Positions 7,875-18,264 are shown, counted from the first letter of the stretch. The stretch: 38,376 nucleotides of DNA from a virus (IMGVR_UViG_3300042343_001141:1-38376), one strand, 5' to 3'. Made by a program: numbers and translations. Notes: generated by a model from the letters alone, not told the origin.

Positions 7875-10736
7875 ATGGGCCGAGCATCATTCGGTGGCGC
7901 AGGGGACTATAGCGGTCTCTTCGCCTCTCTCTACAACCAGTCCGAATCCGAAGCAAAGCGCGCGACAGAGGCTGCTGCGACACGTTCGAAGCAAGCCCTT
8001 GCCGCTGCTGACGATCTTGCGTTTTCCGACTGGGAGTCAGGGAAGATCTCCGATGATGATCTCCTTGCATACATTGAACGCCGAGTATCGGAGTCTGCAG
8101 GAGATCCGACCGATTCAGCTCGATGGCTAAAAGTCCAGGAGCAATACCGCGTACAGATCGCTGACTCCAAGGCCGAATCTGCATATGCTGCAGGTGGCGA
8201 CCTTGCTGACTTGATCCAGTATTACGAGGCCAAGATGGCCGGCAAGCAGGAAGACAGCGGTGGGTACCGTGCTGCACAGCAGCGCGTCATCCAGCTTCGA
8301 GACCAGGCGTCAGAGGAGAGGTTCTCTAATGAGTTGAACAGCCTCCTTGAGCGCCGAGCTTCATCAAAGGAAGTCCTTGACTTCTACGGAAAGTGGAAGC
8401 AGTTGGCTCGCCCAGGTTCTTCTCTCGAGAACAAGGTTGACAACGCCTACACTGAGAAGAAGTCGCAGAACGTTCTTGAAGATGCAGAGACAAAGATGGC
8501 CAAGCTTCAGTTTGATTACACGCGCGGGAAGATTAGCGCGGCCAAGTATTACAACGGCATTCGAGACGCGGCCTCGGTGTATCAGACCTCAGATCCTGTC
8601 CGTTACTATCAGGTCCTTCAGTCTGCGTTCAAGACAAAGCAGGAAGGCTCCGGTGGTGGTGGAGGCGGTTCCGCTGTAACCAGTACCCTGAACTCCATCA
8701 TCAAGCTTGTTGACCAGTGGGAGGCCGCACAGGTCAATGGCTCCGCAACCATGTTTAACCCACTGACTGGTCAGGTTGAAACAATTACTGCGGACCAGAT
8801 CAGGAAGTATGACAACCAGTTTATCAAGGGCGCAACCAACATGGCCAGCGCCTACAAGGCGGGTGGCAACAATGGTGCTGCCGCTGATATCTACAACAAG
8901 ATTGGCAGCTTCATTGCAAGCCACGTGCAGGTTCACGTTGGATTCGAGCAGACCGATCGACTAAATCTTCTCCTCTCAAATGGCATTTCATCCATGAATA
9001 ATGCCCTTGACTCCAACGATGTGTATGCCCCAGAGAAGGTGGCCAAGGAACTACAGGGCCAAATCTCCACGTGGGCCAAGGGACTTAGCTACAAGCCTCT
9101 TGAAGAGGGCCAGACAGAGGCAGCCCCCTACGGTCCTCGCCGACTTCCAACTCAGGAACTTCTTGATTGGGCGGCCCAGGCCGAAATTGCCCTTGGCATC
9201 TTCTCCAACCCGGCTGCGACTGACGCGCAAAAGTCTGCGGCTAGGGACATGATTGACAACGCCCTGGCACAGAACCAGAACGTCGACGCCCGACTGTCCA
9301 GCGTTATTGGGGATCTTTCCAAGGTATTTGTTGATCAGGTGCTAATCCCGACAGGAGACGTCTCAAAGACAACTGATGCTCTTCGCACCGGCAAGGGAAC
9401 CGAGATTTACGATGCAGAGTCCGGCCGAGTATCCGTAGCGTTCGTCCAGGCAACCAGCACTACAAGGGGCGAAAGGGCACCTGACGGAAGCGTAACAATG
9501 AAGCCGGTCATCGAAAACATCCTCGTTGATGATTCCGGGAAGCCAGTCCTTCAGGGCGGCCAAATCATTGCCGACGTCCTTGTCGACGTTAACGACAGCG
9601 TCAAGAAGATGCCAGTCGTCATTAGCCCGGCCAACCTCCCTATCTACAACGCCTTCTACACCAGTGGGAATAAGAAGGGCAACCCCGTAACGCAAGATGA
9701 CTTGAACAAGGCGACCGAGGCAGACTTCCTCGAGGGAGGAACTTATACAGTTAAACCAATTCCAACTCAAGCGTATTCTATGCTTGACTCCAAGACTGGA
9801 AAAACTTGGTATTATATGCCCACCATCAATGGGCAGCCCGGTGGATGGGTTGAGATGGATCAGCTTAAGTTCGGATCTGATGCACTTCAGTTTGGCAATT
9901 TTACAATTGTTTCCACGGATAAGTCTGGAGTTGTGGTCCCACCATTCACCAAGATTCTTCCTGCCGTGTACATTGGCAGCAATCCAGAGGGTGCTCAGAA
10001 CATTCTTGATAAAGACCCATCGCTTCGAGGTTCTCTTGTTCAGGTTGATGGAACTGGAAATATTGTTCCAACCGCTGATACCTCCGGGGTCTACTACAGC
10101 CCTTCGGCTTATGGAAAAATTGGGACAAGCCCTCGCGATCAGATCAACGCACGAGACAGTTGGTGGAATGTCGAAACAGAGGAAGAGATCCGCAGGAATA
10201 AGGTCCGGGATTACAACAACTCAATCATTAAGTTCCGGGCTGGAGAGCGCGAAGACCTTGGGATTTCCAAGCCCTCAGGGGCGCTTCCGTTTGGCATCGG
10301 TATTGGGGCAGGAATGCCAACGCTTCTCGATGCGGCAAAGGCTATCGGTGTTTCCATCCCAAGCCAGGCTCCATCTGGTCGTGGTGCACCTGCACCAGCG
10401 CTTGGAAGCGAGTATGCCGGAATCAACCGCGCCGCTGCCCTTGCGGCGCAGGCGAAGACAAACGCGCTCACCCCGACGATCAAGCCGGCAACTGGTGGAT
10501 CAGACTATCTTATCAATCTTGCAAACGCCAACGCAGCAAAAGCAAAGTTTACTGTTCCAACCAGCTCGTCTGGTAAGCCGGGAACTTTCCCTGGTCTTGA
10601 TAGCGGGTCTCTGCCATATGCAACACCAGCAACTAGCACCACTAATGTAGAAACCTCTGCCCAAAAGGCAGCAAGGATTAAGTCAGAACAGAGCTCATTG
10701 ATTCAGTTCCGGGCTGGTGAGAGGAACATGAAGTAA
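7875..10736 (+). CDS. Putative internal virion / ejection protein (953 aa)
   Basis: Helical A/Q/E/K-rich N-terminal half, Gly linker, low-complexity C-terminus. Lies between the portal and the giant protein and is coupled to both. Function inferred. Confidence 0.6.
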   Translation: MGRASFGGAGDYSGLFASLYNQSESEAKRATEAAATRSKQALAAADDLAFSDWESGKISDDDLLAYIERRVSESAGDPTDSARWLKVQEQYRVQIADSKAESAYAAGGDLADLIQYYEAKMAGKQEDSGGYRAAQQRVIQLRDQASEERFSNELNSLLERRASSKEVLDFYGKWKQLARPGSSLENKVDNAYTEKKSQNVLEDAETKMAKLQFDYTRGKISAAKYYNGIRDAASVYQTSDPVRYYQVLQSAFKTKQEGSGGGGGGSAVTSTLNSIIKLVDQWEAAQVNGSATMFNPLTGQVETITADQIRKYDNQFIKGATNMASAYKAGGNNGAAADIYNKIGSFIASHVQVHVGFEQTDRLNLLLSNGISSMNNALDSNDVYAPEKVAKELQGQISTWAKGLSYKPLEEGQTEAAPYGPRRLPTQELLDWAAQAEIALGIFSNPAATDAQKSAARDMIDNALAQNQNVDARLSSVIGDLSKVFVDQVLIPTGDVSKTTDALRTGKGTEIYDAESGRVSVAFVQATSTTRGERAPDGSVTMKPVIENILVDDSGKPVLQGGQIIADVLVDVNDSVKKMPVVISPANLPIYNAFYTSGNKKGNPVTQDDLNKATEADFLEGGTYTVKPIPTQAYSMLDSKTGKTWYYMPTINGQPGGWVEMDQLKFGSDALQFGNFTIVSTDKSGVVVPPFTKILPAVYIGSNPEGAQNILDKDPSLRGSLVQVDGTGNIVPTADTSGVYYSPSAYGKIGTSPRDQINARDSWWNVETEEEIRRNKVRDYNNSIIKFRAGEREDLGISKPSGALPFGIGIGAGMPTLLDAAKAIGVSIPSQAPSGRGAPAPALGSEYAGINRAAALAAQAKTNALTPTIKPATGGSDYLINLANANAAKAKFTVPTSSSGKPGTFPGLDSGSLPYATPATSTTNVETSAQKAARIKSEQSSLIQFRAGERNMK

Positions 10737-13700
10737 TGGGACTGCTTGACAAGACGCGAAGTTCTGGGAGTGGTGCTTCGTATGGTCAGTCAAATAAGTT
10801 TAACATTCCTACCCCGGAGCCAGTAGACCCGAACGCCCTCAACATCGACCCGTCGTCCAACGGCCTCAACATCGCCCCGTCGTCCAACGGCCTGAACATT
10901 GGGCCGATCCGTCAGTCCAGAAGCCAGTCAACTCCGTGGGAAGATCGAGGTGTTCCTGAGCGCGCAACGTATAACGCATTCGCCCCGGGATCTGGACTTC
11001 CGGGGGCAAGATCAGGATACCTTTCATCCCAGACAAACGCCTATAAAACCACAGGACTTGATTTATCAGGAGCAGCTCCGGTGGCCGCTTCTGGACTTGA
11101 GACTGCCTTTAAGGCTCCAGGATACGCTGCAGAACGTCCTCTTGCTGCGGTTAACATGATTACCAGGGGCCAGGGTGAAAAGGGCGCTATTGATGTTGCG
11201 ACCGATATTATTCGAGCAACTCCCTTGCTCAATGAACTGGTTGGCGGTTTCGGAAACTTCCTCAACGGAAATGCTCAAACAGCGTTCATTAACTCCTTTA
11301 CAGCCTCAACTTTGCTTCAATATCGAAAAGATATTGAATCCGGAAACCTTTCTATGAAGACTACAGTTGCCAACCCGAACGGCGGGTTTCAGACACTTGG
11401 AGAGTTTATAACTAGCGTTAAGAAAAAGGGATTTACCGACCAAGACATCTCCGACCTTTTTGCCGGTAAAAAGGGTACCTTTGACTTTGGCGACAGGGAA
11501 AAGGGTTACATTATCTCAGACAACGGAATTGTTGACATGGGTCTACAGATTGCTCTTGACCCTACGCTTATTCTATCTGCCCCGATTAAGCTTCTTTGGG
11601 CTGGATTCAAAGGACTTACTGGTGGCTTTAAAGCTGCACAAATCTTTACCAGCGCTGCAAAGACGGCACCTATCCTTAACAAGGCAGCAGAATCTGCGCA
11701 CGCTGTATCAAACGCGTGGCAGACTGGTTCAATGGCAGTCGGCAACAATGCCTATCGATTGACACTGCCTGGGTACCGAACGGCGATCAAAGAGTCTATT
11801 ACTGGAACTAGGATTGGAACGACGGCAGAAGTCGCCGGTGGAGTTCTTAAGGGAGCTGCGAAGTCTTACGGTCGCGCTCTTACCGGCCGTGTTACGTACG
11901 CTGGATACACTCCAAGCTTGTACCAGAAATACCTTATCTCTTCTACCGCGTTCACCGCCGGACAGGCGGGTCTCGGGGCAGCAACTGAGTTAATTACAAA
12001 TGGCGACGAAGATAACTTCTTTGTTGGCGGCTTGTACAGGTTTATCAACGACCTCGAGGAAGAGAAGCCACTATCTGATAAGTACCTTGCCTGGAATGTT
12101 GTTTCAGCATGGAAATACCCATACAAAGCCGTAACTTCCTCTGCTAAAGGTGCAACTGTTAAGAGGGGCCAAATTGAACTCCGTCGACTTTATCAAATTG
12201 ACAAAGCACTAATTACGCGCCTATCTGACGATATGCCTAATGCAGACAAGGTAAAATACTCCGCTCGCGTTGCATACGTCAAAGATCGATTTGGCGGGGA
12301 CTACGCATGGAATTCTTTTAAAGCACAAATCCTTCGGTATATTTCATACCATGGATCGAGCCTTCACGACGTCAAGGGCATTGCCCCATCTCTTGGTGAC
12401 GCTTACAGGGTCACCCCCGGAAGCATGCCGGCTTATGCAATGCACGGTGAAATGCTTTCAAGGGTAATTGATGATCACCTTGTAAGGCTTATCGATGATG
12501 GGCAAATCCCCCCTGGCGCAATTGACGAAGCTTTTGATGCTTGGGTTGGAAATCTACGTGGGGTGGAAGAAATTACCGGTGGAGTCCAGGCAAAAGTTTC
12601 CGGGTCTGGCGTTATTGATAACTGGGTCAAATTCCTTCCCCAAGCAGAAAACCTCTGGGCAATAGGGGACAACTATGGCAAAGTCGTTCTTAAAAATTTT
12701 GACGGTGTCTTTGCCAAGGAACACTGGCTTGGTCTTCGGGCAGAGCTTTCCGCTGCGGCCGTTAATGGAAAGATTAGCGCATCAAAGCTTGAAGAAATTA
12801 TCCAAGAAAATTCTGCGATTCTTAGCCCTGAGTCTGCCCAAAACGCCAACACGTGGAGAGAATATCTTGTCCGGGGAACCGACGAAACTTTTGAAAACCT
12901 TGACTCGATTATTCAAAAGGAAATTGCGGAAGCTCCAACCCTTAACGAACTTACCGGGCCGTGGGGCGCGCGCGAGGCTGCTGCCCCTGTCGATGACCTT
13001 GTAGTTCCTCGAGGTCCTGTCAAGGCTGACGGAAGCCCAGATTTCGACTGGTCACCAGATGCTACGGAGATCTTTGTCTCAAGGTTCCGGGATAGGATTA
13101 AGGCCAGAGTTGGTCTTGAGGGCGACCTTAGTGTCAAGCAAGCTGTCGCCGCCCGCGCAGACGAGACGGTGTCAGTATATGAAGAAAGAATTGGCAAGCA
13201 CCTCACTGACCACGGATATACTGTAACAACTGCCAAGCCGGTTGTCGGCGTGTGGCAGAAGAGCGCAGAGCCGTCGATGCATATCGTCTTGCCGTTCCGT
13301 GGTCCTAAAGTACCGGTTGGACCAAGAGATCTTGCAATAGTACTAAAGGGGCCACGAGAAGCTGCAGTTATTGCACTTAAGGGAGGCACCAGGGTCCTCG
13401 ACGACCAGCAGGACGCGGTTCTTCTGGTTCTGTCAAAGACGGCGCAAGAGGCTTCCGGAGCCGCCCCGAACTGGCACAGGATGAGCTTCTCGATTGGCCG
13501 GGCCATGAGCTTTGAAGAATCCCAAAAGGTCGTTGACGCAATTTCAGATTCGTATGGGGCCATCGGCTCCACGATTGACCGTGAGGCTGGAACAATCCAG
13601 ATCATGGCCAAAATTGCAGACCTTAGCGGGCCACAGGCCCGAGCAAGGTCCCTTGTCCTGTCAAAGGCAATTTCAGAACTTACTGGTGGCGTAGCCCCAA

Positions 13701-16700
13701 CAAAGAAGGTTGAAGGGGTGTATGCTGAGCTTATTGTCAACGACCTCAAGGGTGAGGGAGTTTCATATCTAGGAAAGCCGGAGGTAACAGTCAGTGGAAT
13801 TGAACAATCAGCAATTGCCGGAGCAAACAGCGGAGACGCCAGGTTCTTCAGGGCCCTCGGAGATTCTGCAGAACTTCGTCCTGCCGGAATGGTGGCCGAC
13901 GGAACAGGAACTGCAGGCCTCTCTGGCGCCGACGACGCAGTTTTCCGAGGAACAGCAGGTGACCTTGATCGTCCCTTCTCCCCGTCCAACTTCTCGTCGG
14001 TAACAAAAAGTCTTTCTAAGGAGACACCGGGTACGCCGGAATACCAGGCGCTTCAAGATGAAGTTCTTGATGAACTATCCAGGGTTGTAACTCCAGCCGA
14101 AAAACAGCGTGTTCTTGGGGCTCTTGGGTCTGACATTTCTAGGCTTCAGAGAACCACTGAATCCGCGCGTATTCGCGCGGCAGAGGAGATGGCCGAGCAG
14201 CAAGCTTCGCGAGTCGGAGAATTTTCTAAAGGGGTCAAGCAAGCCTTCAACACGAGCGACGAAGAGGCAAATGCGCTTGCCGAGCTGTGGGACGCGGCAA
14301 TGCGATCCGAGGCTGCAGTCACCAATCGAACGGTTAAGGATGTATATGACAGCGTGCTCTACGGAGTCATGCGCGGGGGTGACGTAAACCCAGATGCTCT
14401 ATTTGCCAAAGAGTCTGGAGTCCTTGCTGATAAGTTTGCCCGGGCAAAGACGCCTGAAGGTCTTGAGCGCGCCATCCAGGCAGCGACAGAATTCAGGCCA
14501 ACCGACGACATGGTGGCTCTTGGGAAAAGGCTAAAGGACGAGAGGCTTTCGGGGTATCATCCGGTTGAGGTCATCCCTGGAAGCTCGCTCAACCCTGGGG
14601 CCACAGACATTGCACTCCCGGGAGGGATGGAGTTCCTTGCAAACCCTGCCCCCTACTCGTTGGCAGACGAGGTTGTCATTCGCTCGCAGGGGATTGTCCC
14701 GTCGATGCTGCCAGATCAGATGCGATTCCAGCTTTACAGCAAGCTTTGGGCCGGAAAAACCGTAGACTTCTCTGACCCAGTCGATCTTGTGAACCGGATC
14801 TCATTTGCTCTTACAAGCGCAAACAAGACAGCGTTGCCAATTAATGAAGCTCAGTACATGGTCATTAGGGCAAGGGACCTTGACGATGTTGGACAGATGG
14901 CCTCGTTCGTTCGCAAGGCGCGAGAGCGAGGTGTTGCGGACAAGGACATGGGTCGAGAGATTATGCGTCACTACCGCATGTATCTCCCAGAGTCCGAAAT
15001 CTCCAAGTACCCGACCGCGCCTGGGGCAGACCCCAAGTTCCGTCAGGAAAACCTTCGCAAACTTGTTGGGCCTGATGGGTACTTCCCAAACCCCGACATT
15101 CGTATCGGCTCAACTAACCAGACGCAGGCGTACCAGCGCATTGCCATGATCTCTGAGTTTGCTGATTCTAACCCAAGTTGGTTCACTATTCGCGCAGGAG
15201 AGACTGCAGAGAATCTTGCCGACCGACTTCTGATGATCAAGGGGGTTGGGGTAAAAGTCGGAAACTTTGCTGTCGAGCTTGGGCAGCCAACCACTTTGAA
15301 TCGCGGCACCATTGACTTGCAAATGTCTCTTGACCTGTTTAAGGCAGCAGAGCAAAAGGGCGACCTCGCCGCACTTGTCGAACGGCTTAATGCTGTCCCG
15401 GGAGGCAAGGCCTACGCCGACACCATGGTTAAGGCGCTCCGGGGCGAGGCAGAAACGATTAACGCACCATTCCGATCTCTTGGCGTTAGGGCGAAGATGT
15501 CTGACGATCTTGAGCGTGCATACTCGGAGATTCCGGAAAGCATCCGAACACCTCGCAAGGACATCCCCGTTTACGGAGAAAGTCCAGTGCAGGTCATGGA
15601 CGAGTACCTCGGCGTTCTCCAGGCTGCAGAGACAGCGGCTATTCCGGGACTTGCAAACGTTGGTCGTGGTGCATATCAATGGTTCCGATGGGACGCCTTC
15701 CGTGGCAAGGTAGAACCACATTCGTTGCTTTACAAGAACGCAAACAAGCTCCCACGAGCAGACTTTAATGACGTCCAGAATGGCCTTGATACCCTTCGCG
15801 CGGCAGGGTTCACAAGGCCGACGGATGCTGTGCAGGCGTTTAATCCAAACCTTCTTTCCAAGTACTTCAAGAAAGATGGGGAAAAGGTCATTGGATCGAC
15901 TGAGTTCCTCGAGAATGGCCGAGCACTTATCAAGGGGTTTGAGGGTTCGAGCTGGACTACTGCAACCCATGAGTTTGCCCACGTGTTCCGTGGCACCCTC
16001 CTTAAGGGTGAGGCTCTTGAGACTGCTTCCAAGTGGGCTGGGGCTAAGCTTGATGATTCTGGTCGGTACGTGTGGACGCGCGCGCAAGAGGAGAAGTTCG
16101 CCGACGCGTTTAACGTGTGGCTCAAGAAGGGTAAGGCACCGATCAAGAGCCTTGTACCAGTATTTGAAAGGTTCCGCCAGTGGCTCCTTGGGCTATATGA
16201 TCGCGTTAGTGGCAGCGTCTATAAATTCTCCGACCTCAAGAAAAGTAGGCTAAGTCCAGAAATCGAGTCCACGTTTGAAAGCCTGTTCCGTCGAGGGGAT
16301 GATGCAGTCATTAGCCCAAGAAACAAAGACCAGGAAAGCCTCCTTAACATCCTGTCCAGGATGGAAGACGACCTTAAGGGAAGTGCCGGGCAGAAGGACG
16401 AGGCCCTTGCAAACATTGCCAAGGATGCTGAGGCTGAAAGGCTTGTCCCAATGCCGCGATGGCATCCAAGCATGAAGGGCGTTGATCAAGACCTTCAACT
16501 ACAACTCGCACCTTTTGGCGCTGATATCCTTAAAAAGGGGAAATACACCCTGTCTGAAGCGCCAAGCCTTGCGATCCCTACAGCGCCTGGTCAAGGCTAT
16601 ATTGCCCAAGTTACTCAGACCAGGACCGGGCTATACGATTCTTTGCTTCTTGACAATCCAATCGTTTCTGGCCCACTTCGATTTATTGACTGGCTGACAA

Positions 16701-18253
16701 AGCCAGTTGGCGCAGGTAAGAACTCAAATACTGCACGGCAGTTTTTGTACCGCGAGCTCCTGTCAAAGGGAGCTACGGTGGCCGAAGTCAACGGATTCCT
16801 TGCCCTCCTCAAGGAGTCCGTTGACGAGGCACTATTTATGGGACTTCCGGTCTACAAAACAATTGGTGCCGTATGGCCTTCAAAAATTAATGCAAAAGCA
16901 AAGATCGCCTTTAAGGCAGATGTTGTCAATAAGGTTGGAGAGGAAAACTTCTGGCAACTTGTCGATCGAGCACAGTCTCGATACTACCGGTACCTCGATA
17001 CGCAGGCAGGTGTTCCGGGGGCAAAGGGATTTGTCACTAGAGCGCTCAAGGATGTATACGAATCGTATCAGCCAACGAGGTTTTCACAAGGTGCTCGTGC
17101 CGTAAGCCGATTCGGATATCCGTTCTTCCGCTTCATGCTTGACCCTCGATGGTGGGCAATGAATAAATTTGAGGCAGACGTGATTAATGGAAGCAAGTAC
17201 GGCTTGCAGGCTACTCGCGTGCGCGGTGCAAACACTGCTCTTGAAGACGCGGCATACGCAACACATCGCCAGCGAGGCCTTCCTGTGATGGGTGCAGAAA
17301 TTGATGGAATCCCAACCTCCGTTCTTGCTGGGCTCGATTCGGGCTTCTCAGACATGAGGCGTCTGACCGGTTATGGAACCAGGGCCCTTGAGGTTGCTCG
17401 TGAACGAAACGGAGCGCAACTCCTCCGAGAGTTCGGGGTAAACCCGGGCACCGGAGAGTTTGAGGCGGTTGAGCAGGCCATCAACTTCATTGGCCAGCGC
17501 GACCCGATCATTCGGCGTCTTGGAGACGTTACACCAGAGCAGATGTTTGAAAGGGCAGATGCAATCCGGAAGAGGCTGGTTTCTTTGCAAAAGCAGCAAC
17601 AGGGAAAGCCTTTGGCCCAGATCCTTGACGAAGAACTATACGTATGGGACAAGAAGGGGCATCGTGCAGGCATGGAGGGAATGGCTGATGACATCTTGGC
17701 TGAGAACAGGCGAGAGATGTCCCCACTTCTGCAGCGTCTATATGAGCTAAACGAGTCTTCGTACGCTTCACACATTAGCATCTTGCGCGGAAATACTAAC
17801 CGATCCAACCTCGAAAGAGTTCTTAATAGCTACTGGCTGTACTGGCCATTTAGCTATCAGATTAAGGCCACCCGATGGCTGTACAACGTCCTAACTGATG
17901 CTGCCGGGGAGGGCACGCTGAAGAATGTGGTTCGACTAGAGCGACTACGCCAGATCCACATGGACCAATTTAAAAACAACAGTGAGTACGCTGCGGTGTT
18001 CGAGAACAATCCGTCACTATGGCGTACCGCACAAATGTTGATCCCTATTACCCCGGGGGATATCGGGGTAACCCTGTCACGAGGTCCAAGGTATCTTGGT
18101 GGCGCTCTTGGGGTCTTCCCCGAGTACGCTGCCCAGGACCCGCTCACGGCAGGATTGAAGATGATGGCACTAGGACCGAACTATACGCTCGGACTATTGT
18201 CAGAAATAGGACGAGAGGGGACATTTGATGTGCTCCCCTTCGTCGGAGATTAG
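10736..18253 (+). CDS. Giant polyvalent internal virion protein (2505 aa) with a zincin metallopeptidase and putative SAM-lyase-like and HhH-glycosylase-like domains
   Basis: HEFAH (15968-15982) followed by EEKFADAF..WL..GKAP...VFERFRQWL, the pattern of polyvalent-protein peptidases. LLMIKGVGVKVGNF...TIDLQM is HhH-like. VSRFR / GVWQKSAEPS / QQDAVLLV is SAM-lyase-like. Confidence 0.7.
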   Translation: MGLLDKTRSSGSGASYGQSNKFNIPTPEPVDPNALNIDPSSNGLNIAPSSNGLNIGPIRQSRSQSTPWEDRGVPERATYNAFAPGSGLPGARSGYLSSQTNAYKTTGLDLSGAAPVAASGLETAFKAPGYAAERPLAAVNMITRGQGEKGAIDVATDIIRATPLLNELVGGFGNFLNGNAQTAFINSFTASTLLQYRKDIESGNLSMKTTVANPNGGFQTLGEFITSVKKKGFTDQDISDLFAGKKGTFDFGDREKGYIISDNGIVDMGLQIALDPTLILSAPIKLLWAGFKGLTGGFKAAQIFTSAAKTAPILNKAAESAHAVSNAWQTGSMAVGNNAYRLTLPGYRTAIKESITGTRIGTTAEVAGGVLKGAAKSYGRALTGRVTYAGYTPSLYQKYLISSTAFTAGQAGLGAATELITNGDEDNFFVGGLYRFINDLEEEKPLSDKYLAWNVVSAWKYPYKAVTSSAKGATVKRGQIELRRLYQIDKALITRLSDDMPNADKVKYSARVAYVKDRFGGDYAWNSFKAQILRYISYHGSSLHDVKGIAPSLGDAYRVTPGSMPAYAMHGEMLSRVIDDHLVRLIDDGQIPPGAIDEAFDAWVGNLRGVEEITGGVQAKVSGSGVIDNWVKFLPQAENLWAIGDNYGKVVLKNFDGVFAKEHWLGLRAELSAAAVNGKISASKLEEIIQENSAILSPESAQNANTWREYLVRGTDETFENLDSIIQKEIAEAPTLNELTGPWGAREAAAPVDDLVVPRGPVKADGSPDFDWSPDATEIFVSRFRDRIKARVGLEGDLSVKQAVAARADETVSVYEERIGKHLTDHGYTVTTAKPVVGVWQKSAEPSMHIVLPFRGPKVPVGPRDLAIVLKGPREAAVIALKGGTRVLDDQQDAVLLVLSKTAQEASGAAPNWHRMSFSIGRAMSFEESQKVVDAISDSYGAIGSTIDREAGTIQIMAKIADLSGPQARARSLVLSKAISELTGGVAPTKKVEGVYAELIVNDLKGEGVSYLGKPEVTVSGIEQSAIAGANSGDARFFRALGDSAELRPAGMVADGTGTAGLSGADDAVFRGTAGDLDRPFSPSNFSSVTKSLSKETPGTPEYQALQDEVLDELSRVVTPAEKQRVLGALGSDISRLQRTTESARIRAAEEMAEQQASRVGEFSKGVKQAFNTSDEEANALAELWDAAMRSEAAVTNRTVKDVYDSVLYGVMRGGDVNPDALFAKESGVLADKFARAKTPEGLERAIQAATEFRPTDDMVALGKRLKDERLSGYHPVEVIPGSSLNPGATDIALPGGMEFLANPAPYSLADEVVIRSQGIVPSMLPDQMRFQLYSKLWAGKTVDFSDPVDLVNRISFALTSANKTALPINEAQYMVIRARDLDDVGQMASFVRKARERGVADKDMGREIMRHYRMYLPESEISKYPTAPGADPKFRQENLRKLVGPDGYFPNPDIRIGSTNQTQAYQRIAMISEFADSNPSWFTIRAGETAENLADRLLMIKGVGVKVGNFAVELGQPTTLNRGTIDLQMSLDLFKAAEQKGDLAALVERLNAVPGGKAYADTMVKALRGEAETINAPFRSLGVRAKMSDDLERAYSEIPESIRTPRKDIPVYGESPVQVMDEYLGVLQAAETAAIPGLANVGRGAYQWFRWDAFRGKVEPHSLLYKNANKLPRADFNDVQNGLDTLRAAGFTRPTDAVQAFNPNLLSKYFKKDGEKVIGSTEFLENGRALIKGFEGSSWTTATHEFAHVFRGTLLKGEALETASKWAGAKLDDSGRYVWTRAQEEKFADAFNVWLKKGKAPIKSLVPVFERFRQWLLGLYDRVSGSVYKFSDLKKSRLSPEIESTFESLFRRGDDAVISPRNKDQESLLNILSRMEDDLKGSAGQKDEALANIAKDAEAERLVPMPRWHPSMKGVDQDLQLQLAPFGADILKKGKYTLSEAPSLAIPTAPGQGYIAQVTQTRTGLYDSLLLDNPIVSGPLRFIDWLTKPVGAGKNSNTARQFLYRELLSKGATVAEVNGFLALLKESVDEALFMGLPVYKTIGAVWPSKINAKAKIAFKADVVNKVGEENFWQLVDRAQSRYYRYLDTQAGVPGAKGFVTRALKDVYESYQPTRFSQGARAVSRFGYPFFRFMLDPRWWAMNKFEADVINGSKYGLQATRVRGANTALEDAAYATHRQRGLPVMGAEIDGIPTSVLAGLDSGFSDMRRLTGYGTRALEVARERNGAQLLREFGVNPGTGEFEAVEQAINFIGQRDPIIRRLGDVTPEQMFERADAIRKRLVSLQKQQQGKPLAQILDEELYVWDKKGHRAGMEGMADDILAENRREMSPLLQRLYELNESSYASHISILRGNTNRSNLERVLNSYWLYWPFSYQIKATRWLYNVLTDAAGEGTLKNVVRLERLRQIHMDQFKNNSEYAAVFENNPSLWRTAQMLIPITPGDIGVTLSRGPRYLGGALGVFPEYAAQDPLTAGLKMMALGPNYTLGLLSEIGREGTFDVLPFVGD
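10841..10894 (+). repeat. In-frame 27-bp tandem duplication (NIDPSSNGL / NIAPSSNGL)
   Basis: aacatcgacccgtcgtccaacggcctc followed by aacatcgccccgtcgtccaacggcctg, 2 mismatches. Confidence 0.9.
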
Positions 18254-18264
18254 GAGGAACACTC

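Noticed and set aside
12913-16087. Long antisense ORFs (12913-13989, 15110-16087) within the giant gene
   Set aside because: Shadow frames of a GC-rich coding strand, with no SD or protein-like motifs.
7875-18253. Tape-measure protein or virion RNA polymerase call for the large ORFs
   Set aside because: I saw no tape-measure periodicity, no adjacent tube or chaperone genes, and no DxDGD or T7/N4-type polymerase motif set.
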